Source: Fibrobacteria bacterium (GTDB lineage Bacteria; Fibrobacterota; Fibrobacteria; UBA11236). Taken from it: a stretch of DNA of 64,000 nucleotides. Location: the NCBI GenBank assembly GCA_043732185.1, contig JAYTHY010000087.1, positions 1 to 64,000 of the forward strand, written 5' to 3'. Below are positions 46,658 through 57,237 of the stretch, one piece after another. The notes under the pieces are model-generated. The model saw nothing but the letters and a program-made list of their open reading frames with translations, was not told the origin of the DNA and did not search any database. The translations under genes were made by a program, and so were the position numbers. Each line of letters begins with the position of its first letter. Position 1 is the first letter of the stretch.

Positions 46658-48340
46658 TCACCTTTCATGCAGTGATATGGAAACCCCCAGGCTCCAATTC
46701 GGGTTCCAACCCGGCGCGTAAAATCCATTCTGCCCATATTGCACATTGAACCTTAATCGAGTTCCTAAAATGGGGTAGGGCGGTCCAAAAACGAGGAAAG
46801 TATGCAAAGCATCCTGCGGGTATTCTTTGCTCGACTGAGTGAAAAAATTCTGGTAGCCTCCTCCCAGGAAGAAATCGGAATTAGGATGGCTTATTAAGGG
46901 AAACGTCAAGAGCATTTCGACATCCTGTTTTCCAGGTGAGTACTCCCCATAGCCGACTTGGAAGTTCAACAATAGAAATACCATATCTGCCGACAGGATA
47001 TGGCGGCGTGGGCCTGAACTGACACCTGACAAGAATCCGATTCTTCGCATCCATAGAAAAGATCCCCATGGATAATACCAGGACAGGCTTGCTTCCAGCT
47101 TCGAGATTGCAGTGAAGCTGGAATCCTCTCCTGATAAACCCATCGCGAATCGATGCCAGGAATCGGTTTTCCCACTCCACGGCGCAGCATCGAGAAAAAA
47201 CCGGTTCGCTTGCGAATGGTTCAGCGACTGAGCGAAATGCGCACTGACTTTGGCTGGATGTTCATTTGGAGTTGAATACCAAAGATTGGTTCCCGGCATC
47301 AGTAGCGTTGGATAATCCAAATGGGAAATCCTTCGTTGAGATACACGGTTGTCTTTCACCCAGGACGTCGTATCCAAGATCCCTTGAAACCTGGCTTGCA
47401 GTGAATCCTTTGGCCCATTGGCCTGTCCATTATCGACTAAACGAATCCAAGTATCGAGAACATCAAGCAAACCTTTTGCTACGCTAGGGGTAGCTTGGGT
47501 CAGCATATCTTCGGCGTGGGTATGAGTGTTTAGAATGACCAGTGTAATAGGTTGATTCGAATCCGCGGATTCGAAAAGTCGGACGGAGTGGTTGGATTTA
47601 ATAAGCCAATCCGCGGAACCATGTACCAGGAGAATAGGCACTTTGATGGCGGGTATCTGATCATATGGACTGCGTTTATTCACAAAAAGTGCTTTAGGCA
47701 ACCCCACGAAAATCATGTAAAATATCCTGGCGAGACTGGATCGCCCAACCGCAAGACGCGCAGAGATATCGCCCGCTAAAGGATGAAGGACGTCTCCGGA
47801 CATCAATGCGTTTATATCCCCCACCCGAGTTGGCGGAGCTACGGCCATGACGGTCACGAGCGAATCCTGAGCTCCATTTAAGGCGGCGAATCGTAGAACC
47901 GTTTTTGCCCCGATTGAAAATCCCAAGGCAAAAATCCGGCCATGGCTTTTTAAGTTCAGGGCGTGGACCAAATCCAGCAAGTCCTGGCTCTCTTGTTCGC
48001 CCCAAGCGAACGCGCGGCCATGATAATCCGAATGCCCGCCGTGTTGGGGAGGGTTCATGGTCAGGACTGACATGCCAAGGTCCAGGAAGTGTTTTTGAAG
48101 CAGGGTGAATTCCGGGCTGCAATTATGCTGGGTGAAACCAGGTACCATGACAATTACCGGAGTCCTTGGGCCAAGGTCCCGGAATTCATAATGGATTTCA
48201 TTCAGGCTTTTTATTTCATCGAGGCATTCGGCAATGGACGAGGAGGGATAGATGGCTACTATCAGCAAGACAGTCATCCAACGAAAGAGGCAATAACGGG
48301 CTGTCACATGGGGAAATCTAGGCAAAAAAGGAAGTTTCAT
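46658..48340 (-). CDS. Secreted alpha/beta hydrolase fused to a putative beta-barrel domain
   Basis: PGF, GFSIG nucleophile elbow, HGSADW, HTHAE; alternating aromatic strands at the C-terminus. Track start is 48400. Confidence 0.8.
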   Translation of the reverse strand: MKLPFLPRFPHVTARYCLFRWMTVLLIVAIYPSSSIAECLDEIKSLNEIHYEFRDLGPRTPVIVMVPGFTQHNCSPEFTLLQKHFLDLGMSVLTMNPPQHGGHSDYHGRAFAWGEQESQDLLDLVHALNLKSHGRIFALGFSIGAKTVLRFAALNGAQDSLVTVMAVAPPTRVGDINALMSGDVLHPLAGDISARLAVGRSSLARIFYMIFVGLPKALFVNKRSPYDQIPAIKVPILLVHGSADWLIKSNHSVRLFESADSNQPITLVILNTHTHAEDMLTQATPSVAKGLLDVLDTWIRLVDNGQANGPKDSLQARFQGILDTTSWVKDNRVSQRRISHLDYPTLLMPGTNLWYSTPNEHPAKVSAHFAQSLNHSQANRFFLDAAPWSGKTDSWHRFAMGLSGEDSSFTAISKLEASLSWYYPWGSFLWMRRIGFLSGVSSGPRRHILSADMVFLLLNFQVGYGEYSPGKQDVEMLLTFPLISHPNSDFFLGGGYQNFFTQSSKEYPQDALHTFLVFGPPYPILGTRLRFNVQYGQNGFYAPGWNPNWSLGVSISLHER

Positions 48341-48517
48341 CTTATTCTCACTAAAGGTCAAAAACGATATTTGATTTTCTTGCAATGCCGAGGTTACCAA
48401 ACTAATTTGGCGCGCGTCAAATACGGATTGAATTTACCTAACTGAAATTTCAAAGTCCAATAACCAACCAGTCCAAGGTTTTCCTAGGACTGCTATTAAG
48501 CAAGGAGCGGGATATCA

Positions 48518-49945
48518 ATGAAATTGACATTCGCAGGAGTTCTCATTCGGTCTTTATTCCTGGTCCCGTGTATTGTGGGAACAATTACTGCCGAGCAGTC
48601 GGTTCAGGTTAGTCCTACTAATGCAAACGTTGTGCCGGCAGTGACTACGGTGCATGAAAAGAGTACGATAGATTCCTTGCAGATAAAAGAGAAACAGAAA
48701 GCCGATTCCGAAGAAGTGAAACGGATAAAAGATTCCGTCGAAGCCAAACAGAAAGCCGATTCCCTAGAAGCGAAACGTAAAGCAGATTCCGTAGAAACCG
48801 TATTAAAATATGCGGCAGCTGCGGGCATGGACTGCGAAGCGCCAGAATTTTCCTTCAAAAGATTGACGCCGCGCACTTTCATTTTGTTTGCTAAATCCAA
48901 AAATCCGGTCACATTCAATGTAAATATCTATGCTTTGGGCGAAGATACGGGGGCAACCCGATTCATTTCGGATTCAGCCAGGGTCAAGTTAATCACCGTG
49001 GGCCGTATCTCCGCCTTACCGGAACCAGGATATGCTACCGACGTTTATTTCCAAAGTCTTGACCCCGTGTTTCAAAAGGGTGGGATGGTGCGAGTTACTT
49101 ACGATTCCGCCAATGCCGGCGTATGCACGGAAAAGCTGCATGGGTACCAAATAGTCACTGTGGTTCCAGAACACCAGATCGATTTTAATGTGGGTCGGCT
49201 CTATAATCTAGAGCAAGGGGGCCGCTGGGATGCTTCCGGTGAATTCGGAGTTCAAGGGCTTTCCCATTGGAATACCTGGTTTGCCGGACTTTTTGAATTC
49301 CATTTCGCGCAAATAGGGAAAATCGATTCCGCTTTGGATACAGGTGCCGTGGCGACAAAAATATCCAATCCTTTCTTGAGCCAGGCCGGTTCGCTTTCTT
49401 TGGATATGTCCCTGGAAATTTCACCGACGCTGTTTTTCGAAAAATGGGGTGGTGGCAAATATTGGATGTATCCCCAATTCTTTGACGTGGGCGTTGGATT
49501 CAGGTCTCCTCCAGGAGATTTGGATATGACCAATTTGCGTCCAAGAGTCTTCGGAGGTATCGGGGTGAGGGTAGATGATTATAATATCAATGGATCCAAA
49601 TTGAATACGTTGAGCACCTCGGGTTGCGTAAGGGCTTTGCTTGCGGCTGATGGATTTTATAAATGGCAAGATCTCGATCCGAACCAGAAACCAGTTGACC
49701 ATGACGAGTACCTCCGATTCGTATTGGAAGGCGAACTGGAAATTCCCGGCATTGGTAGCAAAGATTTGAAGCCATGCATACGTGGTTTTATGGATACCCC
49801 CTTTCATTCCTTACATTCCTTCTTCCTCGATCGGCATCCCTACGCTTCGAACGGTATTTCCAAATCAAGCCCTTCCCGGGTGGGTATCAGCCTGTTACTC
49901 CACGTGCAAATGGAGGCCCTGGAAACTCTTTTCTCCGCGCACTAA
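48518..49945 (+). CDS. Hypothetical exported protein with KADS repeats and a putative beta-rich C-terminal domain
   Basis: AAGGAG RBS; signal peptide; 9-aa repeats; C-terminus resembles that of the downstream lipase. Confidence 0.7.
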   Translation: MKLTFAGVLIRSLFLVPCIVGTITAEQSVQVSPTNANVVPAVTTVHEKSTIDSLQIKEKQKADSEEVKRIKDSVEAKQKADSLEAKRKADSVETVLKYAAAAGMDCEAPEFSFKRLTPRTFILFAKSKNPVTFNVNIYALGEDTGATRFISDSARVKLITVGRISALPEPGYATDVYFQSLDPVFQKGGMVRVTYDSANAGVCTEKLHGYQIVTVVPEHQIDFNVGRLYNLEQGGRWDASGEFGVQGLSHWNTWFAGLFEFHFAQIGKIDSALDTGAVATKISNPFLSQAGSLSLDMSLEISPTLFFEKWGGGKYWMYPQFFDVGVGFRSPPGDLDMTNLRPRVFGGIGVRVDDYNINGSKLNTLSTSGCVRALLAADGFYKWQDLDPNQKPVDHDEYLRFVLEGELEIPGIGSKDLKPCIRGFMDTPFHSLHSFFLDRHPYASNGISKSSPSRVGISLLLHVQMEALETLFSAH

Positions 49946-49952
49946 AAACGCC

Positions 49953-51968
49953 ATGCTTCAATTCACCCTTAAGCTGAATTCGGCAGATCTATTGATTGCC
50001 GTTCTTGTGCTTCTATCAGGGGCCTCGGGCGCCGAGGCTTGCGATTTCAAGTATAATGCGGGCTCCTGCAATGTCGATTATAAGTTATTGGCGGAAGCCT
50101 CCTTCCGCTGCGCTTTGGTTTACGATGACACCGCCATTATCAGAAAAGCCTTTCCTGGCGAGCGGATCTATCTTGATTCCATTCAATATTTAACGGATTT
50201 TCCGGCGCACGAAAGTCGCATGTTTTTCTTGGAGACGGATACGGTAAATAAAATTCAATGGGTGGTTTTTCGCGGTACCAACGCGCTTCGTGATTGGCTG
50301 GTGGACGGGGATGAAGAGATGGTGGATGACCCAGTTCTCGGAATAAAGGTCCACAGGGGTTTCCACGCTGTCACGGAAAGACTTTTTTCGAAGATCGAAT
50401 CGGCTTTGAAAAAAGATTCCACTTTGGGTATCAAAAAGATTTACGTTACCGGACACAGTCTGGGCGGCGCCATGGCCGTACTTACGGCCGCATATATCCG
50501 TAAAAACCATCCCGATTTCCACTATACCCAGTGCATAACCTTTGGGCAACCTAAGGTGACGAATGGACCTGGATTAAAAAAGTTGATGGACTTGGGAATA
50601 AACCTAATCCGAGTGGTCAATAACAACGATCCCGTGGCCGTGGTACCTCCCGCGGACGGATTCCAAATTTATGAAACCGGGCGTGATCTCCTGGATCCTA
50701 AGAAACGTCATTACCGGGTGGGTCCACCTTATTGCAACGGCTTAATTACATGTTTCATAAAGGCGTCTATTCGGTCGTTGTTCAACAGCGATTCCTCCTT
50801 TCATTATTTCCACCTCGGCTACGCACTGCATTTGGACGGGAACGGAAATCCAGCTTGCCATGCAGACGAATCTCCGAATGATTGGAAAAACGTAAATATC
50901 ATCTGGAGTGGCGCAGATCATCACATGCCCGTTTACGACTCTTTGATATGCAGATTGGCCGACACTCTTATCAGACATCATAACCTTGTCGCCCTTCCCG
51001 TAGACACAAGCATACCTCCGCCGGAACTGCTGCCCCTGGCCCGCGACCGGTTCCTGCTAAGTGAAAATAATACGCTGCAGGGACGTTACCAGGTGCAACT
51101 GCAAACCTTGACATTCGATTCCGCGGGAGGACGTAAGACGCTGGTTGGCGGCTTAGAAATCAATGATCAGATCGGTTCGGGAAAAAAAGTGGACATCCCA
51201 ACTTCGGAGTGGGTGGGCGACAATGGCTATATGAAATTGAGCTGGAATCGATTGGCCGATTCAGCTTTTGGGGTGGAAAGGCGGGGGGCGCTCCTGGTGC
51301 AGCCTAGGCCCAGCCACCGGCTGCAATTTTGGACTGGAACAAATCTGGTACTGAAATACTCTTGGAGCGAGTTATGGGATTTAAGGCCGGATTTCGCCCT
51401 CATCGCAGATAGCCGCTGGCTAAGCCGATTGGCGGGATCTGTGCAAGTTCGCTTCCTATCCTTTCACGAAGACAATGATTTGCACAAGATTTTTTTCCCA
51501 TTGGCTGCGGATGCCAATCCCTTTTTGCACGGTCAGATACTGCGATCCGAATTCTTCTTCGATTGGTTGTGGCTGCCTTGGCGTTTTACGCCTGGATTCA
51601 CGAGTGGATTCGGATATTCGTCCACACCGCAAGGTGCGCCAGGCATGGTAGAGCTGCGACCGAAATACTTCTTCGGGCTGGCTTCCCCCCGGATTCTTTT
51701 CCCAGAGGAATGGTTTTATTATCGGTTGACTTTTTCCTATGACAGGCTCTGGGAACCTGAAGGCGCTCAATCGAATTTCACACCCTTTAGGTGGGACACT
51801 TCATTGCAGCTCAACCTGTCTCCAACCTGGCTTATCTATCCCAGCCTCAGATTGGATGCGAGCTTACCCTGGTCGGTTTCCTTTTACAAGAATGCTGCTG
51901 AAATAAGGGTTACATTACTTTTTGGATTGGATATGAACGCAGTTGCGCAGGTATTCAGTGCCAGATGA
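49953..51968 (+). CDS. Secreted class 3 lipase with a beta-rich C-terminal domain
   Basis: VVFRGT, VHRGF, TGHSLGGA, TFGQPKV, RVVNNNDPV..VP, DHHM..Y; ATG 49953 begins a signal peptide. Confidence 0.88.
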   Translation: MLQFTLKLNSADLLIAVLVLLSGASGAEACDFKYNAGSCNVDYKLLAEASFRCALVYDDTAIIRKAFPGERIYLDSIQYLTDFPAHESRMFFLETDTVNKIQWVVFRGTNALRDWLVDGDEEMVDDPVLGIKVHRGFHAVTERLFSKIESALKKDSTLGIKKIYVTGHSLGGAMAVLTAAYIRKNHPDFHYTQCITFGQPKVTNGPGLKKLMDLGINLIRVVNNNDPVAVVPPADGFQIYETGRDLLDPKKRHYRVGPPYCNGLITCFIKASIRSLFNSDSSFHYFHLGYALHLDGNGNPACHADESPNDWKNVNIIWSGADHHMPVYDSLICRLADTLIRHHNLVALPVDTSIPPPELLPLARDRFLLSENNTLQGRYQVQLQTLTFDSAGGRKTLVGGLEINDQIGSGKKVDIPTSEWVGDNGYMKLSWNRLADSAFGVERRGALLVQPRPSHRLQFWTGTNLVLKYSWSELWDLRPDFALIADSRWLSRLAGSVQVRFLSFHEDNDLHKIFFPLAADANPFLHGQILRSEFFFDWLWLPWRFTPGFTSGFGYSSTPQGAPGMVELRPKYFFGLASPRILFPEEWFYYRLTFSYDRLWEPEGAQSNFTPFRWDTSLQLNLSPTWLIYPSLRLDASLPWSVSFYKNAAEIRVTLLFGLDMNAVAQVFSAR

Positions 51969-52037
51969 AATCCTTTGCATTTTTTATCCTTCGCAATTTG
52001 TACGCCGGTGATTCCCTTGTCAAAGAATCTCCCAAAT

Positions 52038-54482
52038 CTATAGCAGCAACCTTCCCTCGAATCCGAACATAATGAAGAGTCCCATGCCTTTGGTTACCAC
52101 GGGTCGCAAGTCCCCTTCGTAGTTGGCACGGGTCCAGCCGCGGCGGCGGCGGTTGTCTCCGCCTAGCCAGGTGAATGCGGCGCTATTGGCATCCGCGAAG
52201 ATGTTATCGGCTTCGAAGAAGAAGCGCATGCAGTCCAGCGGTCTCCAGTGGCTTTTCAAATCGAGATTGATGCGTACGTCCGTGCGTTGACGGGAGACTG
52301 TGGGAAAATCTCGACTGGGTTGGATGGTTCTCTGCAAGGTGGTTTGGTTTTTGCTTAAATCGTACAGCCCGTCGTATTCATATAGCGGCGCGCCGTTGTT
52401 GACTCCGTAGGTTAGGATAAAACTGAGAAGGGAATCACGGCGGGGCACAACGCGCAAATTGGAAACTAAATCCAAGGTTCGATTGGCTTCCCAGGGTAAA
52501 TAAGCGTCGTTTTTTAAATGGTATTCGCCCTGAACTACAGAGGCGTTTACATTTATACCGAAATGATGACTTGGTAGCCACATAGCGGTGACATTGCCAC
52601 CATTAGCATAGGCGAAATCGGATACTTGGGTTTCGGCATAATTCCAGTAGACCTCTGGCGCAGGCAGCCGCGGGTCTTTATAAACTCTACTGTACAGGCT
52701 GGCTGTAAACCGCATTGCATCTGTATGGGTCGCTTCGACTCCAATTTTCCCTTCGGCACTTGATGTTGCAAAGGCATCCAGGTGATTGTGTGAATTGGGT
52801 TCCAATGCCGTATTCTGGCGGATTGCGGCTTCTGCGTAGACTGTGGCATCTTTCCAGACAGGTCGCGAATAGCGTACCGTGGCCAGTGGGGCTGGCGGTT
52901 TTAAGCCAGCGTCTGTGCCTTTAAACGCATCCTGATAGATGAAAGCTGCGCCGACAGCTGCATCCAGGGTTTGTTTTCCGGAAAGCTGCCACTGCAGCCG
53001 ATAGAGTCCAGTAGTTAAAGCATAGTCCTGTGCCAAATCTACTGGGGGATTTGCGGTGAGCCTTATATCCGTAAAGGTCCGATTTTCCTGAAGGTATTCC
53101 AGATCCAGTCCATAGCCCATTGAAGCACCCCAAAATTTTTCGTTCGCGTTCCACTGGAAGGAAGAATTAATCTGTACATCCTGAGCATCGGCATTGCCAA
53201 TCAGATTTTGCACGATGTTTCCATCCACAGGATACCAAGGAGGGCTGGTCGAAGCATTATAAGAAGTAGCCAGGGTATCCCGAAATGTTTCCTCGCGATT
53301 TTTTCGGAGCAATCCGAATGCATAGGTAAGGTCCCCCGTTTCATGCGGAGTCAAAGCCTCATATGCGTACATCACTCCATCCTGCGTGCCTTTAACAATT
53401 GTTTGCGCATCAGTGGCAGTCAATGATTTGGAAACATCCTGATTCACCTCGTATGTATCATCCAGGCCCATCACACTGTGCCGCGCATAGGCGCCGGTGG
53501 AGTCTCGATAAAAAGTTCCGACATAGGTATCCATGGTTCGGAATTTAAAGGCGTCCTTCAAATCTTTACAAGTCATTGTCGAATCACAGGGTTTGCCTTG
53601 ATTCTTAAGTCGGGAATCTTTGGAGTCTGTGAAGAATTTTTGACCGAGATTGGCAAGAAAGGTAGGCTCAAGGTAGCGGCCGCTCAGCAGAAAAGTGCGT
53701 CCACCCCAGTATCCGGTCATGTTGAGTTCCCGGTTTACGGTGCCGAAAACAATGTCACCGGTAATATTGTTGGGGTCGCCGTCTTTGAGATCATACACGA
53801 GCGCGGAAGCATTGCCTTGATTGAGCGGGCCTTTGGCAAGGTTGTCGGAAACGGTGATGGATTTGAGCAGGCGTGGATTGAGAACGCTTTGATTGCCGGG
53901 AAACCCGATATCCAAATGGCGCAGACTTGGAATACGGCTCTGTCCCAAATAGTGCGTGACATCATTGGTGCGCGAGCCCCATACGGAAATATCATTTGTG
54001 AATTCATTCATCCCGGAAACGCCGGGGAGTTGCCGCAGATGGTCATTGAGATCGATGCGCATACCTTGCATCAATTCCAGTTCTTCCATAGTCTTGGCGA
54101 GACCAAGCTGTTTGACTTGTGCTTGTGCAGTGGTGTCCACCTCGTTGAGCTCGAGAACGTCGCTTTCCATCGTCACTTCAATATCGATGAGTTCGGATAA
54201 ATCAGCCAAGTCAAGATCCAAGGTTTTATAGGTGTGTCGCTTAAAGGAAAGTACGGCACTGCGGCTATTCACCGTCACGGCGAATCTACCGTTGGATTGG
54301 GAGTGCCCGAGCACCTTGCCGCTGCTCATGGAAATTTCCACCTGACCGATGGGCTGCCCTTTTTCTTCGTTGAGCACCAAGCCAACCACTTCGTAGGTCT
54401 GGGAAAAAACTGGGGCGCGCGCAAAAATGCATAGGACCAATACCGCCAGGGAGAAAATCCGTTTTATCACCGTAAAGTCCAA
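52038..54482 (-). CDS. TonB-dependent receptor-like outer-membrane protein with an N-terminal carboxypeptidase-regulatory-like domain
   Basis: G.V...KGQPI....I, SNGRF, plug-like LRQLPGV...ISVWGS, barrel strands, ADNIF. Confidence 0.75.
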   Translation of the reverse strand: MDFTVIKRIFSLAVLVLCIFARAPVFSQTYEVVGLVLNEEKGQPIGQVEISMSSGKVLGHSQSNGRFAVTVNSRSAVLSFKRHTYKTLDLDLADLSELIDIEVTMESDVLELNEVDTTAQAQVKQLGLAKTMEELELMQGMRIDLNDHLRQLPGVSGMNEFTNDISVWGSRTNDVTHYLGQSRIPSLRHLDIGFPGNQSVLNPRLLKSITVSDNLAKGPLNQGNASALVYDLKDGDPNNITGDIVFGTVNRELNMTGYWGGRTFLLSGRYLEPTFLANLGQKFFTDSKDSRLKNQGKPCDSTMTCKDLKDAFKFRTMDTYVGTFYRDSTGAYARHSVMGLDDTYEVNQDVSKSLTATDAQTIVKGTQDGVMYAYEALTPHETGDLTYAFGLLRKNREETFRDTLATSYNASTSPPWYPVDGNIVQNLIGNADAQDVQINSSFQWNANEKFWGASMGYGLDLEYLQENRTFTDIRLTANPPVDLAQDYALTTGLYRLQWQLSGKQTLDAAVGAAFIYQDAFKGTDAGLKPPAPLATVRYSRPVWKDATVYAEAAIRQNTALEPNSHNHLDAFATSSAEGKIGVEATHTDAMRFTASLYSRVYKDPRLPAPEVYWNYAETQVSDFAYANGGNVTAMWLPSHHFGINVNASVVQGEYHLKNDAYLPWEANRTLDLVSNLRVVPRRDSLLSFILTYGVNNGAPLYEYDGLYDLSKNQTTLQRTIQPSRDFPTVSRQRTDVRINLDLKSHWRPLDCMRFFFEADNIFADANSAAFTWLGGDNRRRRGWTRANYEGDLRPVVTKGMGLFIMFGFEGRLLL

Positions 54483-54608
54483 TCGTCCCCCTTAGGCCAT
54501 TCTGCTGTAAAACCCATATAAACTACTATTGTTGACAGTCCATGAATAGCCTCACGCTTTATTTGAAGCCCTTTCCTTTCTAGATTTGGCCCCGGAGGAT
54601 TACACAAA

Positions 54609-55886
54609 ATGCTGGACCCACGTTTATACCGCGAAGAAGTCGATAAAATCAGGTTGGGATTGGAACGACGTGGGGCCAAAATCGATCTCGACCTGATGGT
54701 CAATTTGGACATCGAGAAGCGCAAGTTTAATCAACAACTCGACCAACTCAAGTCCGAGCGCAATGCAGCCTCGGAGAAAATCGCTCAGATGAAGCGAACC
54801 GGCCAGGACTCCCAGGTTGAAATCGAAAAGACCCGTTCCTTGGGCGATGCGATCAAAGCCATACAAGACAAGTTCGATGCATTGGAAGTTCAGTTTCGCG
54901 ACTTGGCCCTGGTGGTTCCCAATCTCCCCCATGCCTCGGTGCCAGATGGACGGTCCGCCGCTGACAATAAAGTGGTGCTGGAATGGGGACAAAAATTTTC
55001 CGGTCCAAAACCCAAAAATCACTTGGAAGTAGGCAAGGAATTGGGCCTGTTCGATTTTGAACGGGGCGCAAAAATTTCCGGGAGCGGCTTCCCAATCTAT
55101 ACCGGCCTAGGGGCTCGTTTGGAACGCTCCATGCTCAACTTTTTTCTCGACTTCCACACCACTTATCATGGTTTTACGGAAATATCCCCGCCTGTGTTGG
55201 TCAATCGAGCGGCCATGATCGGAACGGGCCAGCTGCCAAAATTCGAAGAAGACATGTACCATGTGACGGCCGACGATTTATACTTAGTTCCAACCGCGGA
55301 AGTGCCGGTTACCAATATGCATGCCAATGAAATGTTAGATGCCTCGACCTTGCCTATCAAATACACAGCATATACAGCCTGCTTTCGGCGCGAAGCAGGT
55401 TCTTGGGGCAAGGAAACGCGTGGCTTTTTACGCCTGCACCAATTCGACAAAGTGGAAATGGTGATGTTTACCGATCCAGCCAAGTCTTATGAAGCCCATG
55501 AACATATCCGTGCTTGCTCGGAAGCCTTACTCCAAAAGTTGGGTCTGCATTATCGTGTCCTTGAATTGTGTACGGGTGACTTGGGTTTTGGAGCTGCCAA
55601 ATGCTATGACCTTGAGGTTTGGGCGCCCTCGGAAGAGCGCTGGTTGGAAGTGTCCTCAATTTCCAATTTCGAGGATTTCCAAGCCCGACGGGCTGGCATC
55701 CGCACCAAAATCGATGGTCGTGCGCAATTTGTCCATACGTTGAATGGTTCTGGCTTGGCAACACCGCGGGTTTTGGTGGCGTTGTTGGAGACCTATCAAA
55801 CCGCTGACGGCGGATTGCGCATCCCGGAAGTTTTGCAGCCTTACATGGGCGGACTGACTGAAATTGTAAAGAAGAAAAAAGGTTAG
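54609..55886 (+). CDS. serS: Serine--tRNA ligase
   Basis: MLDP, PNLPH, LVPTAEVP, CFRREAG, HQFDKVE, YDLEVW, HTLNGSGLA. Confidence 0.98.
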   Translation: MLDPRLYREEVDKIRLGLERRGAKIDLDLMVNLDIEKRKFNQQLDQLKSERNAASEKIAQMKRTGQDSQVEIEKTRSLGDAIKAIQDKFDALEVQFRDLALVVPNLPHASVPDGRSAADNKVVLEWGQKFSGPKPKNHLEVGKELGLFDFERGAKISGSGFPIYTGLGARLERSMLNFFLDFHTTYHGFTEISPPVLVNRAAMIGTGQLPKFEEDMYHVTADDLYLVPTAEVPVTNMHANEMLDASTLPIKYTAYTACFRREAGSWGKETRGFLRLHQFDKVEMVMFTDPAKSYEAHEHIRACSEALLQKLGLHYRVLELCTGDLGFGAAKCYDLEVWAPSEERWLEVSSISNFEDFQARRAGIRTKIDGRAQFVHTLNGSGLATPRVLVALLETYQTADGGLRIPEVLQPYMGGLTEIVKKKKG

Positions 55887-55905
55887 GACAGGACGAGGCT
55901 ATCTA

Positions 55906-57237
55906 TTGGCTGCCAATAAATCCTTCGCCACCGGCGCCTTGAAAATATTTCAAGTGCGCCGATTCAATGGGTGGCTAACCACTCTCTCGTTAGCCAACAT
56001 CAAATATGTCATGTTTGTCAGCGCGCTGGTACTCCTGGCTTGTTTCACGATTCTCAATCAAATATTCATAAGCAGCTTAAAAGGCCAAGCGCTGCAGATC
56101 AATGACAAAGAGGCTCGGCTTTATGCGGTGGCCATTGCCGAACAGTTGAACCGGGATGAAATCAACGTCATCTTTAATGAAATCGTCCGCAAATCCCAGG
56201 TCCCCATGGTGATTACCGATAACCAGAATATCCCCATCAATTGGAACAATATCAGTTACAAGTTTTGGAGTAAAGGCAAGGGTAAAATCGCCCAAGTCGC
56301 CTTCAACTTTTTGACAAAACCGGAGCAGGAATTCATGCTAAGGCTGGTCACGAAAATGGATCGAAAGAACAAACCATTGGAACTGGAAGCAGAAGGCCAC
56401 ACTTTTGGTTACCTGCATTATGGTGAGTTTGGTTTGGTGAATATTTTAGCATGGATGCCCATCGCGGAATTCGTGCTCATCTTTCTTTTCGGATTCATGG
56501 GGTATTTCGGTATTACCATTATCCGCTCCAACGAACAGAGCCTGCTATGGGTAGGACTCGCAAAGGAAACAGCGCATCAATTGGGGACGCCCATTTCATC
56601 TTTGCTGGGCTGGATCGACTTTCTAAAAATGAAGCTGGAAGGCACTCCGGATTCTGAAAAAAATTTGCGGCTATTAGGGGAGATGGAAAGCGACATCACC
56701 CGCCTCAACCGTGTAGCCACCCGATTCTCGCAAATTGGTTCCACTCCTGAGCTCAAAAAGCAAAACCTGAATGATATTATAAAGTTCACGTCCCACTACT
56801 TTCAATCACGCCTACCGCATCTGGGAAAAAAAATTGTCATTGAAATGCATCTCGACGAATTACCGGAAATATGGGTTAACCGGGAGTTAATGGGTTGGGT
56901 CATCGAAAACCTTATCCGCAATGCCGTGGATTCGATTGAGGTGGAAGCGGGCGTCATTTCCATTACCACCCGGTACGTGGCAGATGAAGAAAACGTCCAT
57001 ATTTCGGTAACAGACAACGGCAAAGGCATTCCCCGGGATCACATCAAACATATTTTCAACCCCGGATTCACCACCAAAAAACGGGGGTGGGGACTGGGCT
57101 TGTCCCTGGCCAGGCGAATTGTTAATGAATACCACAATGGAAAAATCTATGTTGAGAAAAGCCAGAGGGACATTGGCACCCAATTCGAAATCGTATTGCC
57201 ATTGGCGGCAGAAGGATATCCAAGGAAAAAATCATGA
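55906..57237 (+). CDS. Membrane sensor histidine kinase
   Basis: Two TM segments; H-box KETAHQLGTP, N-box ENLIRNA, DNGKG, GWGLGL. Confidence 0.93.
   Translation: MAANKSFATGALKIFQVRRFNGWLTTLSLANIKYVMFVSALVLLACFTILNQIFISSLKGQALQINDKEARLYAVAIAEQLNRDEINVIFNEIVRKSQVPMVITDNQNIPINWNNISYKFWSKGKGKIAQVAFNFLTKPEQEFMLRLVTKMDRKNKPLELEAEGHTFGYLHYGEFGLVNILAWMPIAEFVLIFLFGFMGYFGITIIRSNEQSLLWVGLAKETAHQLGTPISSLLGWIDFLKMKLEGTPDSEKNLRLLGEMESDITRLNRVATRFSQIGSTPELKKQNLNDIIKFTSHYFQSRLPHLGKKIVIEMHLDELPEIWVNRELMGWVIENLIRNAVDSIEVEAGVISITTRYVADEENVHISVTDNGKGIPRDHIKHIFNPGFTTKKRGWGLGLSLARRIVNEYHNGKIYVEKSQRDIGTQFEIVLPLAAEGYPRKKS

Noticed and set aside
49782..49952. Lipase N-terminal extension
   Set aside because: It overlaps the upstream CDS; the signal peptide begins at ATG 49953.
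53478..54200. 240-aa plus-strand ORF
   Set aside because: Antisense shadow of the TonB-receptor-like gene.
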